From: Eledone cirrhosa | Taxonomy: Eukaryota | Assembly (NCBI GenBank): GCA_964016885.1 | Contig: OZ024742.1 | Coordinates: 93,310,001-93,374,000 of the forward strand | Direction: 5' to 3' | Length of the DNA: 64,000 bases | Shown here: in pieces, positions 1 through 13,269 of the stretch | How the letters are laid out: every line of letters starts with the position of its first letter | Position numbering within the stretch: the first letter of the stretch is position 1 | Notes under the pieces: model-generated | Told to the model about the DNA's origin: nothing | Databases searched by the model: none | The model's input: the letters and a program-made list of their open reading frames with translations, nothing else | Position numbers and translations under genes: made by a program

Positions 1-1040
1 TCTCACTCACCGAGCTGCAATCCTGGGTCAAGCAAAGACCGAGAAAACTGGGCGCCTGGCACACTGAGTGTGCCCAGGCGCTCACCGCCCTCTGGCAGGC
101 GGATCCGGTTATCAGTGGAGACTCCACCGCAACATTCTATAGAGGGCTGGTACGCAGCAGGTGCGACGACGCCCTCGGAGAAGCCCTAGACATGGAGGAG
201 GACGAACTGGCCAGCCTGTTCGGTAGGACATTCAACCCGGGACCTATGGACAACTTCCAGAAGTCCCTGGCCTGGCAGTGCTACCGAGGGGCCCTACCCG
301 TTCGAGAAAAGCTCTACAGACATGGGCGCCCGAGTAGGGACCCCGCCAAAAGGATCTGTCCCAGATGCGTGTGCGACGAGGAAACCGTTGCACACGCATT
401 GGTACACTGCTCGGGCGTAGCCGATCTGTGGGGCTATGTCGAACAACTGCTGTCAAGGGTGGGACCGATCCGGTTGACCACCGAGTCTATTGTAATGATC
501 AAGCCGCCTCCCCCCTTCAAAGATGAAGGAGAGGCGGTGTTTCTGTGCGTAATAGCCATGGTGAAAGAAGTTGTATGGTGGACGCGTCTGAAAGGACTGA
601 GGTCGGGCACCTTTCTCTCTGGCCAACAACTGGTCCGTTTCTTCCGATACCATTTCGGAAGAAGGATCAGGATGGAGAGAGAGGTGCTGCACCCCAGTCG
701 TTTTTATGAAAGGTGGGTGAAAGTGGCGAGAATGGCCCGTGTGAATGGGGCTTCTCTTTACATAAGCCTGTAGGTAGAAAAGAGGAAGGAACGAGGGAGC
801 ACCCCCTCTCTGTGCTCCTGAGGAAAAGGGTTGCACACTTTTTTCGGGGGTGTGCGCGACCCCCCAAGGCGCCTCCTCTCTATTGAGGATTTTGTTATAA
901 ATTTTATTTTTGTTATATTTTATTTTATTTTTATACATTGTTATTGCCTCCTCCTGATTGAGGACGCCTTTTTGTGTAAACTCCCCCCTTTGTACTTGTC
1001 CCACTTTTGATGCCCTGGTGGCAAATAAAAGAAACATATC
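1..1040 (+). mobile_element. 3' part of a Tx1/L1-clade non-LTR retrotransposon (ORF2 C-terminus to 773, zf-RVT-like CxxC...HxxxxC, then 3' UTR)
   Basis: ORF 192-773 (CPRC...EETVAHALVHC) is closely similar to the C-terminus of ORF 5632-7125. AATAAA at ~1023 is followed by a TATC/TGTC-rich tail. Confidence 0.9.
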
Positions 1041-1124
1041 TGTATGTCAGTTGTCTGTTTTTCTGTCTAGCTAGCTATCATTGCATCTTCTTACTTATCT
1101 ATCTATACGCCTTCATTTAAGAAT

Positions 1125-1630
1125 GAATGAGAGGCGGTTTTCCTCTGTCTGGTGGCTATGGCGAAAGAGGTAATGTGGAGGACGAGGTTAAAAGGACTGA
1201 GGGCAAACACCTTTCTCTCCGGACAACAACTTATCTCCTTCTTTAAGTACCACTTCAGAAGGAAGGCGAGAGTGGAGAGAGATGCTACACTCCAGTAAAT
1301 TCGCTGAAAGGTGGGTGAATGTGGCGAAATGGCCCGAGTGAATGGGCCTTGTCTGTATATAAACCTGTAGGTTGAGGAGGATAAACAGAGGGAAGACGGG
1401 AAGACCTACAAAACGTGTTCCTGGTGTTGAGGGTTGTTCTATCCACGGGGTGTAAAACAACTTTGCAGTAACGTTCGCCCCCCCCCTATTGGGGATTTCA
1501 ATTGTTATTTTATTATATATAGTTTATTGTTATTTATTAATGTTAAAGTTATATGATTTTTACGTAAAAGCCCCGCCGTCACGTCTTGTAACGTCCCATT
1601 TTTGTACGCCCCTGTGGCAAATAAAGAAAG
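1125..1630 (+). mobile_element. Short 5'-truncated 3' fragment of the same Tx1-like family
   Basis: Aligns by eye to 530-773 (gaggcggttttcctctgt...aaacctgtag). It has its own 3' UTR with AATAAA at ~1620. Confidence 0.85.
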
Positions 1631-1694
1631 ATATCTATATGTCTGTCTGCCTGTCTGTTTGCTCGTCTGTCTAGCTAGCTATCATTATATCTAC

Positions 1695-1880
1695 TTGGTG
1701 GATTGACAGTATCGGTAGAAGGTCGGGCGCCATGCTTTGCAGCAAAGAGTTACGGCCCTTTATGGTCTGAGTTCAAATCCCGCTGAGGTTAACTTTGCCT
1801 TTCATCCTTACGAGGTCGATAAAATAAAGTACCAATAATACACTGGAATAATTGCTGGCCTTGTGCCAAAAGTAGAAACA
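1695..1880 (+). mobile_element. tRNA-derived SINE, family A (core tentatively Meta/MESC-like)
   Basis: B-box GAGTTCAAATCC, conserved core tttgcctttcatccttacg.ggtcgataaaataaagtacca, and an 11-bp TSD ATTATATCTAC (1684-1694 / 1881-1891). Many other copies occur in the window. Confidence 0.85.
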
Positions 1881-1912
1881 ATTATATCTACACTAACACA
1901 AACACCAATAAC

Positions 1913-3667
1913 ATGCAAAATATAAACACCACCAACCAGAACAACAACAACAACAATAATGACAACAAGAACAACAACAGCAACACTGATAACAACAACA
2001 CCACCACCAACAACAATGATAACAACAACACCACCAACAACAACAGCAACACGAACAACTCCACGAACAAGGAAAAGATTTCTTTTGCTCAAACCGTCCA
2101 AAAGACGGAACTGTTCACATACCTTGACATTTCCAATGCTGGGGAAATGTTAAGCGATGCAAAACAGTATGTAACTTTTGGTGAGAGTGGTGCTTTCAGC
2201 ATCACTTCTCAACACTTACGCAGAGAAACTGTTTTAAAACAGTAATTTTTAGGACGGTTTCAAATGTGTTGAAAAAACCAGTTCAGTTATCCCAAAACGA
2301 TATTGAACTGGTTCTGAAGAATTCCATGAAGGATATTGCCTTCATCCAAAAAGGGAAACTTTTTGGAAGCATTTCGGTGTTGTTGAAAGACCAATTGACA
2401 GCACAAAAATATTCTGTATCGCCGATTGTGTCCCCCCCTTTACCCCTTTTTCCCCACATATATGGGAAAAAGAACACAAAAAATAAAAATTTTGAACATT
2501 GCACCAAATGTAAACGTCTGGTGGATTCTAACTGGCTTCATCGATTTCGACGAAGACACCATCATTTCGGTGGGAAAGTCCTTCAGAGGCACATTCAATG
2601 GTACAAGCATGGAAGTTCTGGTCCAAATGAGGCCAGAACGGATAGCTAAAATACCCCAACGTGTGCCTCTGGATGGAATTTCACACATAAACATTTCTGT
2701 TGAGGGTAGGCGGCCTTCATGTTACCACTGTTTAAACAGTGGTCACCTGAAGGCTTACTTACCTCAGTTAACTAAAAAAAAAAAGAGGCACTACTGCCAA
2801 CACCCAAAACACCACCACCACCACCACCACCACCACCACCACAACAACAAGAACAACAACAACACGCAAACACAACCAAAACAAGAACAACAAACCAACC
2901 TGCAAGCACAGTCCCACCCAACCCCACTGCACCTAAAACCACAGCAAAAACACCCACAAACACAACAACTCCCCAAAACATACCCCTTCCAAATAACACA
3001 GACACCACAACGGATGAGGCCCCCACATCATCACCAAGTGATGATGAGGGAGAGCCTCTCCGTTCGAAAAGAAAGAAGAAAAGCCACCACAAGAACAAAA
3101 AAACAACAAACATCACTACAAGCACACAACCACCAACACAAACAACACAAACAACACAAACATTACAAACCCCCCCCCCCCGTCCCGAAAACAAAACCAC
3201 GACATCACTCCAAACACAAACACCTACAACAAAACGGAAGCTCCCACAAGAACAACAGACAAAAACCACCGCAACACAACAAGAACATTACACATACATA
3301 AACAGTAAAAACAAAACTTTAATGTAGGTCAACTCCAACGACCCTTCGGTGAAAACCGAAGGGAAAACTTTTTCGAATTGTGTAGACAAACCTAATTTAA
3401 AGATGATTAGGGTCCCTACGGACACCTATGTCTTTAAAGGAAAACTTTCCTAAGGACGTGGGTAATCCTTGTGTTAAACCCATTAACCGCGTCCTTTTAA
3501 AAAGTTTCCCCACCCTCACCCCAGACACCCCCACCCCACCAAACATCTCCGTCCCCACCCCACCAAACATCTCCGTCCCCACCCCGCCGGAAACCACCAC
3601 CCACCCAGACAACTCTAACACCCCCATGGAAAGCGTGCGGCCTGATCCCCGGGAGACGAAGAGGTGA
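1913..3667 (+). pseudogene. LINE ORF1 (gag-like), disrupted
   Basis: Fragments 1913-2245, 2266-2649, 2426-3301 and 3428-3667. Features include an N-rich start, SFAQ motif, degenerate zinc knuckle CYHCLNSGHLKAY (~2720-2760) and a low-complexity C-terminal part. Confidence 0.7.
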
Positions 3668-3701
3668 GTGTTTTCTTCTCTTTTAACTTTTCAGAACCAA
3701 C

Positions 3702-6700
3702 ATGGCCAATATAAGAGTTGGGTGTGTGAATGTACGCGGCCTGGGGATGCCCTGGAAACAGGGCAAACTCTTAAACGACCTCAGGTCGCACAGTATGGAT
3801 GTAGTAGCCATTTGCGAGTCCAGGATCCACAGCGAGCGACAGCTGGCCCCCATCTTCGATGACTTTGAGATCTACGTATCTCTCTATCAGCCGGGGGGTG
3901 GGGACGGGGTTGCCGTTTTGCTGCGGAAACACCTGGGCCTCGTAACACAGACAGTACATCTGGACCCGGAGGGTCGACTGGTGGTCCTAGACGTTGACGG
4001 TAGTGAAGGTGGAGCCTTCAGGCTGGTGGCCGCATATGCCCCATCCGGGACACCACGGCCAGACTTCTTCAAACGTCTAGAGACTTTTCTGGGAACGTCC
4101 CGCTCCTTGCTTTTAGTGGGGGACTGGAATGGAATCCTAGATACACGTTGGGACTATGTGGGAGCATGTCCCGATAAAGAGGGCTGTAACATCCTCAAAC
4201 AGTTAATCGGCCGATTTGACCTGGCCGATAGATATCGACTAGATTTTCCGACTGCGCCACTGTGGACGTGGACTAATAATAGCGGAACATCTAGATCGTA
4301 CCTAGATAGGGTTCTAGTTAGAAATAAGGATAGGGACATGTTAAGCTGTCCACAAATGTTCATGGTTGCCTATTCAGATCACAAACTAGTTACCTGCATG
4401 GTCAACCTTGATAGAACCCATAGACAAGGACCCGGCTACTGGAAGCTGAACTTGTCGTTACCGATATGAAAAGCCTACAGTAGACGGATTAGCACTTTAG
4501 TTAAACAGCACTTGACAGGGGCCATTGTCAACAACAGATGGTGGTACTCTCTCAAGAGGGCAGTTAGATTAGACTCGTTAGTTTTTAGTAAAGAATTAGC
4601 GTTAGATAGAAATAGAACCGTAGATAAAGTAGAAGAGGCAATTAGAAATGACTACGTAGCCAGCATGCTAGCAACGAGAACGGCCTTGGACCAGTTCTTC
4701 GACGCAAAGCATGAGGCCTGTGTTGTCAGAAGCAAAATACGTGCTCTGGGAAACGAGGGAGCCAAAGCTGTTAGCTGGGCCCGAGGGACGGAGGCAAAAA
4801 GTGGCAACAAGTCCACGATTCGGTCTATGAAGGACCAAAACGGATGCGTGATACGTGAGCCGAAGCAGATGTGTGCGGTCTTTCAGCAGCACTTTACTCA
4901 GCTGTTCAGGTAGGGCGGCGCGCCGGGAGGGGCTATGGATTTCGGTCCATACCTCGACGGCCTACCGCGACTCTCGAACAGCGAGGCAAAGTTCTGCGAA
5001 AAGCCAATTTCAGCCGCTGAGATAGGGGACGCGCTGAGCCAATGCGGTAAACGCAAATCTCCAGGTCTCAACGGTCTACCCTACAATTTTACGTAGCAAT
5101 GCCGGACTTATTCTCCGGTCTCCTGGAAGCGGTCTACTGCAACTGGCAATAGAACGGGAGAATTCCCAGTTCTGTGACCGGGGGCGTAGTCACACTAGTC
5201 AGGAAGGACGAGAATAAGGGGGATGACATAGGCAACTTCCGGCCCATAACTCTGCTAAACACAGAGTTACAGATTTTGGCCAAGGTGTTGGCAAAGAGGT
5301 TGGCGCTTGTTGTCGAGAACCTGGTGGCAGAAGCGCAGCCATGCGCAATCCCGACCCAGTCCATACACAACAACCTCCACCTCATGCGATACATCATAGA
5401 GAGGGTAGGGTGTAAACCCGGTTTCGGTGGGGCCCTGATCAACTTGGATCAGTCTAAGGCTTTCGATAGGGTTCACCATCGTTACCTGGATGCGGTGCTC
5501 AAGGCGGCACGCTTCGGACCTGTGTTCAGGGGCTGAATTGCTGCAATGCATAATAGCAACATCTGCTCAAGGGTTAAGGTGAATGGCTACCTCTCGAAGC
5601 CGTTCCATATCACGCGTTCCATTCGACAGGGATGCCTTCTCTCCTCCCTTCTGTACGTATTGACTCTCGAGCTACTACTGCGGAAGTTGGAGCTATTGCA
5701 GGGCATCCCTCTGGAACCGGGACTGCGGAAAGCGGCGTCGGCCTACGCCGACGACATGAGAGTAATGGTGTCGAGTGCCTCGCAAATCGAGGAAGTCGGC
5801 ACCTTACTGAAGGAATACGAAAGGTTAACAGGAGCGAAGCTGAACCGGGACAAGTCCATCGGTTTGCAACTTGGATCGTGGAGAGGCAAACCGATGCCTT
5901 CCGATGGCGTCGTCAGACGCTGGATGGACGGACCAGTAAAGCTGCTCGGGGTCTGGTTTGGTCCGGACCTCCAGGTGGAGAAAAACTGGAACGAGGTGTC
6001 GGCCAAGGTGTTTGCACTCACCCAGAAGTGGGCCGAGTGCAAACTATCCTTGAAAGGTCGAGCGGAGGTGGCGAACACTTTTATAGCGTCCGCCATCTAC
6101 TACCGCTTGACCGTCGTACCTTGTCCAGCCAAAACGCTCGCCAAAATGGAGCGTGCGCTCTTCCAATTCCTTTGGAAGAGGCGGGCTCCTTTGATGAGAA
6201 GTCCATCTGCTGCCAACGCCCTTCCAACGGAGGGCTGGGGATGCCGTGGCTGACGATGCGCAAACACGCGCTCAGGCTGCGGTATCTCTACGTATTCCTC
6301 ACCGGACAACCGGTGTGGGCCCCGTTCGTGAGGCGAGCCTTCCCACGACTCGTCTCGCTGACTGAGCTGCAGTCCTGGGTCAAGCAAAGACCGAGGAAAA
6401 TGGGCAACTGGCACATCGAATGTGCTCAGGCACTCACAGCCCTTTGCCAGGCGGACCCGGCGATCAGTGGAGACTCCACTTCGTCATTCTATAGAGGGTT
6501 GATCCGCAGCAAGTGCGACAATGTGCTCGGTAAAACTCTAGGCGTAGAGGAAGACGAACTGGCGAGTCTGTTCGGTAGGACCTTCTGCCCGGGACCGATG
6601 GACAACATCCAAAAGTCCCTGGCCTGGCAGTGCTACCGAGGAGCTCTACCAGTTCGAGACAAGCTCTACAGACATGGGCACCCGGGCAGGGACCCTGCAA

Positions 6701-7125
6701 AAAAGATCTGTCTGAGGTGCGTGCGAGGCGAAGAAACCGTTGCGCACGCATTCATACACTGCCCGGGCGTCACTGACCTGTGGGGCTATGTAGAACGACT
6801 ATTGTCGTGGGTGGGACCAATCCGGTTGACCACCGAGTCCATTGTCATGATCAAACCGCCACCCTCCTTCAAAAACGAAGGAGAGGCGGTTTTCCTTTGT
6901 GTGATAGCTATGGTGAAAGAGGTTGTATGGTGGACAAGGTTGAAAGGGCTGAGGTCAGACACCTTTCTCTCCGGCCAACAACTGATTCTTTTTTTCAAAT
7001 ACCACTTTGGAAGAAGAATCAGGATGGAGAGAGAGGTGCTGTACCCCAGCAAGTTTTATGAAAGGTGGGTGAAAGTGGTGAGAATGGCCCGAGTGAATGG
7101 GCCTTCTCTCTATATCAGCCTGTAG
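3702..7125 (+). pseudogene. LINE ORF2: APE endonuclease, reverse transcriptase, zf-RVT; several stops and frameshifts
   Basis: EN motifs NVRGL, GDWN, YLDRVLV and SDHK. RT motifs NFRPITLLN, LDQSKAFDRV, IRQGC and AYADD. Stops at 4467, 4911, ~5150 and 5534; frameshifts near 5090 and 6195. Confidence 0.93.
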
Positions 7126-7847
7126 GTTGAGGAAAAGGAGGTGTAGAGGAAATGAGTACAAACTTTTCGTACTCCTGGAGATGAGGGTTGCGCATTTTTT
7201 CGGGGGTATGTGTTACCCATATGAACTGTCTCCTCCTATTGGGGAAAATCGACTAATTTTTAAATTGCATTTGTGATAATATTTTACATGTTTTTATTGT
7301 ATGTAAACTTCCCACTTTGTATTTGTCCCCTTCTTTTGTGCTCCTGTATCTAATAAACAAACATATCTATCTATTCATCTTACTGTGTTTTTATCTGTCA
7401 ACTCTGATCTATTGATGTATACAAACTTGTTTACATATGTCTGCGTCTGGATAAATATGTATATGCTGTGTGTATGTTTGTACATATAGCTATATATGTG
7501 TGTCTATGAGAAATGTTGTGTCTATATGTGTATATTTGTTTGTGTGTATATGCACCTCCATGTACATGTGTATATATATATATATATATGAGTTTTCTGC
7601 ATCTAGGAGTGATGAAAGTACTTCAAATTGTTTTTTAAGCAGCCAAGTAAGAATTTTGCTTCAAGTCCGTTTATACCACCTTGTCAAGTCACTGACCTAT
7701 TCTGGAGCGAGTGCTACTGTAGTAGTGAGAAATATATGGTCAACACTAATTAAAATTTGGATAATTTGTGTATAGAAATATTTCATAAAGCCAACACAAA
7801 TTTTAGCGAATAACAAGAACCGTGTGAATTAATATTATTTATCCTAC

Positions 7848-8030
7848 TGGATTGGAGTATCGGTAGAGCGTCGGATCGGACGCCATGCTTTCCAGCATAG
7901 TTACGTCCCTTTACGATCTGAGTTCAAATCCCGCCGAGGTTGACTTTGCCTTTCATCCTTACGGGGTCGATAAAATAAAGTACCAGTAATGCACTGGGTA
8001 ATTGCTGGCCTTGTGCCTAAAGTAGAAACA
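7848..8030 (+). mobile_element. SINE family A
   Basis: Near-identical to 1695-1880, with a 14-bp TSD ATTATTTATCCTAC (7834-7847 / 8031-8044). Confidence 0.88.
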
Positions 8031-8619
8031 ATTATTTATCCTACATAAAATTAACATGATACAAATTTATAGAGAAAAGCTAACATAAATCTTCTTTCCA
8101 ATACTAATTACAGAGAAAGCAAATTAAAGGGATGTATTCATGTTTATATGTGATGTAAAGCTACATATGGAACCCAATTATACATATCTTGATAGAGTAT
8201 AATCTTTATATTGGTATGGTATGGTCTCGTAACTCCTAAGAGGTGCCATATTAACATACTCATACAGCGTTTCTTGAGCATTTTAAGCCTGGCAAAACCC
8301 ATCCCTCTCCAGGTCTGAATACAACAGAATTTTTCCAGAGAAGGATAGAAAGTGAGAGAGAGGAAACGAGAGAGAGAGATATAGAGGAAGCCACAACCCA
8401 GTACTTGACTGGTACTTGTTTTATTGACCTCAAAAGGATGAAAAGCAAAGTTGATCTCTGTGGGATTTGAACTCAGAGAGCAGAGAGCTGGAATAAACCC
8501 CATAAAGCTTTCTATCTAACAGTTCTAACAGCTCTGCCAAATTTGCTGCCTTAAATTCTTTTCATTAACAGCATTTAAATCAGACTTCTCTGAAAAAATA
8601 TATTTAACACAACAAAACT

Positions 8620-8760
8620 TTCATCATCATCACCAATAATAACAACAACAAAACTAAGAACCTTCTAATCCCATCTCCACCAGCATCACCAGTGCCATCA
8701 TCACTACTACAACAGCAGCAACAGCATTAGAAATACTATATTCCTATCACCATCATTGCT

Positions 8761-8793
<33 letters not shown>

Positions 8794-8971
8794 GCAGCAG
8801 CAGCAGTAAGAACCCTATATTCTCATCCCCAACACAATCACCACCATCACAACCATCACCTCCACCACTATCACCTCCCCACCCCCACCCCATCACCTAC
8901 TACAACAACAACAACCAACACCATCATTTCCATCACCACCACCACCACCACCACCACCACCACTACCACCG

Positions 8972-9002
<31 letters not shown>

Positions 9003-9040
9003 CACCACCACGACCACCACAACCACAACAACAGCTACAA
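8620..9040. repeat. CAA/CAC/CAG trinucleotide low-complexity tract
   Basis: Direct reading of the sequence. Confidence 0.9.
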
Positions 9041-9489
9041 TCCAATGATATAGGAATTGTAGTAAGTAGTATAGCATTAATAAATGTTTCCTCTTAATTA
9101 TCCTAGTTTTGGGCAATTTCTCTTCTCCTTATTTTTGCAATTATTCTACGGAAATATACTTTTACCATTTCTTATGGGAAAAATATTTCTAGTAATTTCC
9201 ACTAAATCAATGAAAATGTCCTATGTGACAGAGAGTGTTGTATGTGTAACTATGTTAACGGTGTATGTGTATGAAGTGGGAGTGAAGAATATATATATAT
9301 ATATATATAGTCTTGAAAAGAACCTGCATGACCAAATCTTTAGAACATAAATTCAAAATAGAAGAAACACAGGACAAAGACAATGGAAAAAACAATGATA
9401 AGATGGACAGTCCCATCTCCTTAGTCAACTTCTGGAAGTCACTACGGTTTTGGTGCATATATCATATATATATGCATAAAAAGGTGCAG

Positions 9490-9965
9490 AACATTAGAAG
9501 TCGATGGAAATCGTGGAGTAGGGAGACCCAAGATGACCTGGGATGAGGTGATAAAAGCCGACCTCACCCAATTACACCTCTCAAAGGCGATGACACACAA
9601 CCGTGACCTCTGGCGTCACACAGTAATACAGAGTACCCGACCTCCCATGGGTACAAGCCGAAGCTGAAGCATATAGACAATATGCCCCCACACCCTCCCA
9701 CTGCAAAGTGGTCGTAGAGGTGCCACGGCAAAAAAGCACCCAACCCACACTGTAAAGTGGACGTGTAGGCGTCACGGAAAAAAAGCACCCAGCACTCACT
9801 GTAAATGAGGTTGGTGTTAGGAAGGGCATCCAGCTGTAGAAATCAAGCCAGAATCAGTTCCCGTATGAGCAAGACAAGGTCAGCCGACCGGACACTGCCC
9901 GCAACAGGACAACCTGTCTAACCCATGTTAGCATGGAAGAACGGACGTAAAACGGTGATGATGAT
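9490..9965 (+). mobile_element. RTE-clade LINE 3' end with 3' UTR and (GAT)n tail
   Basis: Highly similar to 44530-44996 (G.GRPKMTWDEVIKADL... followed by the UTR). Confidence 0.85.
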
Positions 9966-9970
9966 ATGAG

Positions 9971-10176
9971 TATGAGGGTTCAATGAAATGTTCATAGGCT
10001 GACTATGAAGGAGTGATGCTAGAGCTGAGAAATCTTGCATGCACTAATTTCAACTCTTCTTATCAATAACTGCATTGTTTCTTTCCAGGAACTATGCTGA
10101 AAAATAAACCTCATATGGTTGGTCATTCCATGAGAGTATTTTGGCCTGCCTATGAACTTTTCAGCCAACCCTCATA
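9971..10176. mobile_element. Tc1/mariner-type MITE
   Basis: TA-bounded ~29-bp imperfect TIRs (tatgagggtt...gttcataggc / gcctatgaac...aaccctcata). Related copies at 49615-49794 and 51255-51428. Confidence 0.8.
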
Positions 10177-10826
10177 AGTATGTTAGTTGTGTATGAGTAT
10201 GAGGAGTGGGGTAGAAATATATATATATTTGTGTGTGTGTGTGTGTGTGTATTTAGATATATGTTTATGTTTGTGTGTAAATGTGTATAATTAGGCTGAT
10301 GTATTGTAAACATGCACACACACTCAAACACACACACACATACATATATATTTAATGTATGGGAAAGTAGGTGTATATGTGTGTGTGTGTGCGTGTGTGT
10401 GTGTATGTGTATGTCTGTTTTTCAATGCTAGAATTGTGAGAAAAGCCAGATCAGATGACCATGTCTTGCTCATGCAGAACTGTTTTTGGCTTGGTTTCTA
10501 CAGCTGGATGCCCTTCCTACCGCCTCCCATATTTACTGTGTGGGCTGGGTACTTCTTATCATGGCACCAAAACGACTACCTTACAGTGTGGATTTGGCAC
10601 TTTTTGTCATGGCACCAAAACAACAACAATTCTAAAATTGTTCTGAAATGTTTGTAGTATGCTTTATGAAAGATGAGTGAGAACATTGAGATTGACAAAG
10701 CTGGATGAACCTACTCTGATTATGCTTTTCTAAGCAGGAGGAAAGATACTGGGAAAGAGCACTTTCACTGCCCCTGTGGTGAAAGAGTTATTCAGGATTT
10801 CGTGGGGAGTTTTTGCTGGAATTACC

Positions 10827-11040
10827 TTAACCTTTTAGCATTCACATATATAGCATTCACTGTTGTATTTTTGAAGTAAAGGCTTTACCTTACATAATTA
10901 TCTCACATAATATTGGATCTATGAGATTTTGATGGTATTTATTTTGAGAACAATACCCTAACATCAGTATGGCTGGTTTGAACAGAAAGAGGTGAGAGAA
11001 TTCTAACCGGATACAGCTGGTTTAAATGCTAAAGGGTTAA
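10827..11040. mobile_element. TTAA-flanked MITE (piggyBac-like termini)
   Basis: TTAA-CCTTTTAGCATT at the left end and AATGCTAAAGGG-TTAA at the right end. Confidence 0.72.
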
Positions 11041-11149
11041 ATTGCAGTCCCCTTCTATTGGGAGTAAGAGAATAAAACTGTTTTGAGTTGACTTTGTTAT
11101 TGTTTTGTATAGTTGTCATGACTATTTGTTACAATTATTATTATTGTTA

Positions 11150-11575
11150 TAGGGCAGTTGATTAACAAACAGTATTGGTAGAGCATCGGACATGCTTTGC
11201 AGTATAGAGTTACGGCCCTTTACGGTCTGAGTTCATATCCTGTTGAGGTTAACTTTGCCTTTCACCCTTACGTACTGGGGTTGATTTAATCGACTTTCCC
11301 CTCCCCCACAATGGCTGGCCTTGTGCCTAACCCAGAAACCATTATTGTTATAGGGCAGTTGATTAACAGTATTGGTAGAGCACCGGACAACATGCTTTAT
11401 GGCAGAGAGTTACGGCCCTTTACACTCTGAGTTCAAATCTCGCAGAGGTTAACTTTGCCTTTCTTCCTTATAGAGTCAATAAAATTAACCACCAGTAATG
11501 CACTGGGGTTGATTTAATCCACTTACGCCTTTCCCCAAAAATTGTAACCTTGTGCCTAAATAAGAAACCGTTATT
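11150..11575 (+). mobile_element. Two tandem SINE family A copies
   Basis: The head tagggcagttgattaa...agtattggtagagc is repeated at ~11150 and ~11350, each followed by a B-box and the core. Confidence 0.8.
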
Positions 11576-12329
11576 ATTGATACACCTATTACTTTCCCTT
11601 TGTTGATGTCCCCTTCACTTTACTCAATGTAAACCCCACATTCTGTTGTTTTTTCACCCTTTTATTGTCTAACATTCATCAAGTATATTTCTAGAATTTC
11701 AACTAAACATCATTAGTGAATTTTAGGAGTCACTAATATTGACAAGCTTTCACACACACACGCACCTCCCCCCTCCACACACACATACATCATCATCCAC
11801 ATTAGACGTTATCTATTTTCCATTCTTAGTCATGCTTGTATGCTCCACTTTTTGTTTAGTTTCTATAGCTGGATGCCCTTCCAAATGGCAACCACTTTAA
11901 AGTATATACTGAGAGCATTTTATCATGTGTCTGACAGTATCAACTTACAGGATGGGCTGAATGCTTTTCATCATGTTCCAGCACAACCACCTCATATGGT
12001 GGACTAAGTCTTTTTTTATCATGATAATAATACTACCTCATTAAAACTCAAGGGTGTTCAGTGTGTCAGACTGAGGGCATTAATGGCAGTGGGGTGTATG
12101 TAAAAAAATGAGTTTCTATCTAATCAATTTCACTAACAAAGTTTTGGCCAACACAAGGCTATGGTAAAACAACAAATTCTCGTCCCAAATTACCACGACC
12201 GCAAAGTGATTTTCTTAATCAGTCACCATGCTGTATACTATGTACATACATACATATGTACATACATAAGTACAATCATACATACATAGATACATATGTA
12301 CATAGATAATACATATATACATACATACA

Positions 12330-12890
12330 TGATGGCTGCAAACCATGCTAAGAGTATTGCAATCGCTTGTCAGATTATAGAGTTTGGTGAGTTTTAGGCT
12401 ACCGTTAGCCACACAAACCTGTAACATATCCTGAACAACCAATGCCTGTGCTTTGAAGGTTTTTTTTAAGTGGGGAAAGGCCTTGCACTCGACCAATCCC
12501 ACTCTCTGAACATCGAAAACACTACCCGAAAAGGAGAACTAGTCAACATCAATGGATGCTTCTAAAGCTGCAGGTTTTTTTAAAAAGTTTCCCTCTGCTA
12601 GAAAGGTGTTGTGACAACAACTGGGGGCCTTTCACTCCCAGGTGAAAAAAAACACAAAAAAAGCGTAAAAAAAAAGAAGAAAACTACTCTTTGAATGGCT
12701 GTTGACTCTGCTGAGTTCCTCCACCCTTTGCCGAGTCTTGTATTATGTCAGGTCGTTTTTGAGTGTTACTGGTAACATGTAACCCAGTACAACTTGTCTC
12801 ATGGTTGGGTCGTCGGCAACTAAACTGGCAACCTCATGAAGCTAGCTTGGTGAGGAGGGTGATATTTGGACACCCTGCAGGATGACATAC
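12330..12890 (+). repeat. Unclassified interspersed repeat, possibly a LINE 5' UTR; partial second copy at 42228-42385
   Basis: 12760-12885 matches 42236-42350 (gagtg.tactggtaacatgtaa.ccagtacaac...ggtgaggagggt...accctgcaggatga). Confidence 0.5.
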
Positions 12891-13233
12891 ATACATGATA
12901 CATCCATTCAGCTGTTTTTAAGAACTGGATGAAGGCCTAACTTTCATATACTACTTTCATACATCTACCTGTTCTCTCCTTATCCAAACTTTTCTCATGA
13001 AAGAGTTCTGTCTGAAAAGTTGAACTCTTCTCAATGTCCTCCAAACGTGAACCTAATATAACTGAGTATGTTTGCATTCCAGTGTTTGTTTTGTTTCCTT
13101 TATTAACTATATATATAAATTTTGTTATTAAATGGCTTGCTTTCTCCACCATATATTTTTGCATAAACATATGTATGTGTGTTTGCATGTGCCTGTGTGC
13201 ATATAATATGTAAGTATATGTATATGTATGATA

Positions 13234-13269
<36 letters not shown>

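Larger units (their letters stand above)
1892..7365 (+). mobile_element. Apparently full-length, decayed Tx1/L1-clade LINE (ORF1 + ORF2)
   Basis: ORF1, APE endonuclease, RT and zf-RVT occur in canonical order. AATAAA at 7352-7357 is followed by TATC repeats. Confidence 0.92.
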
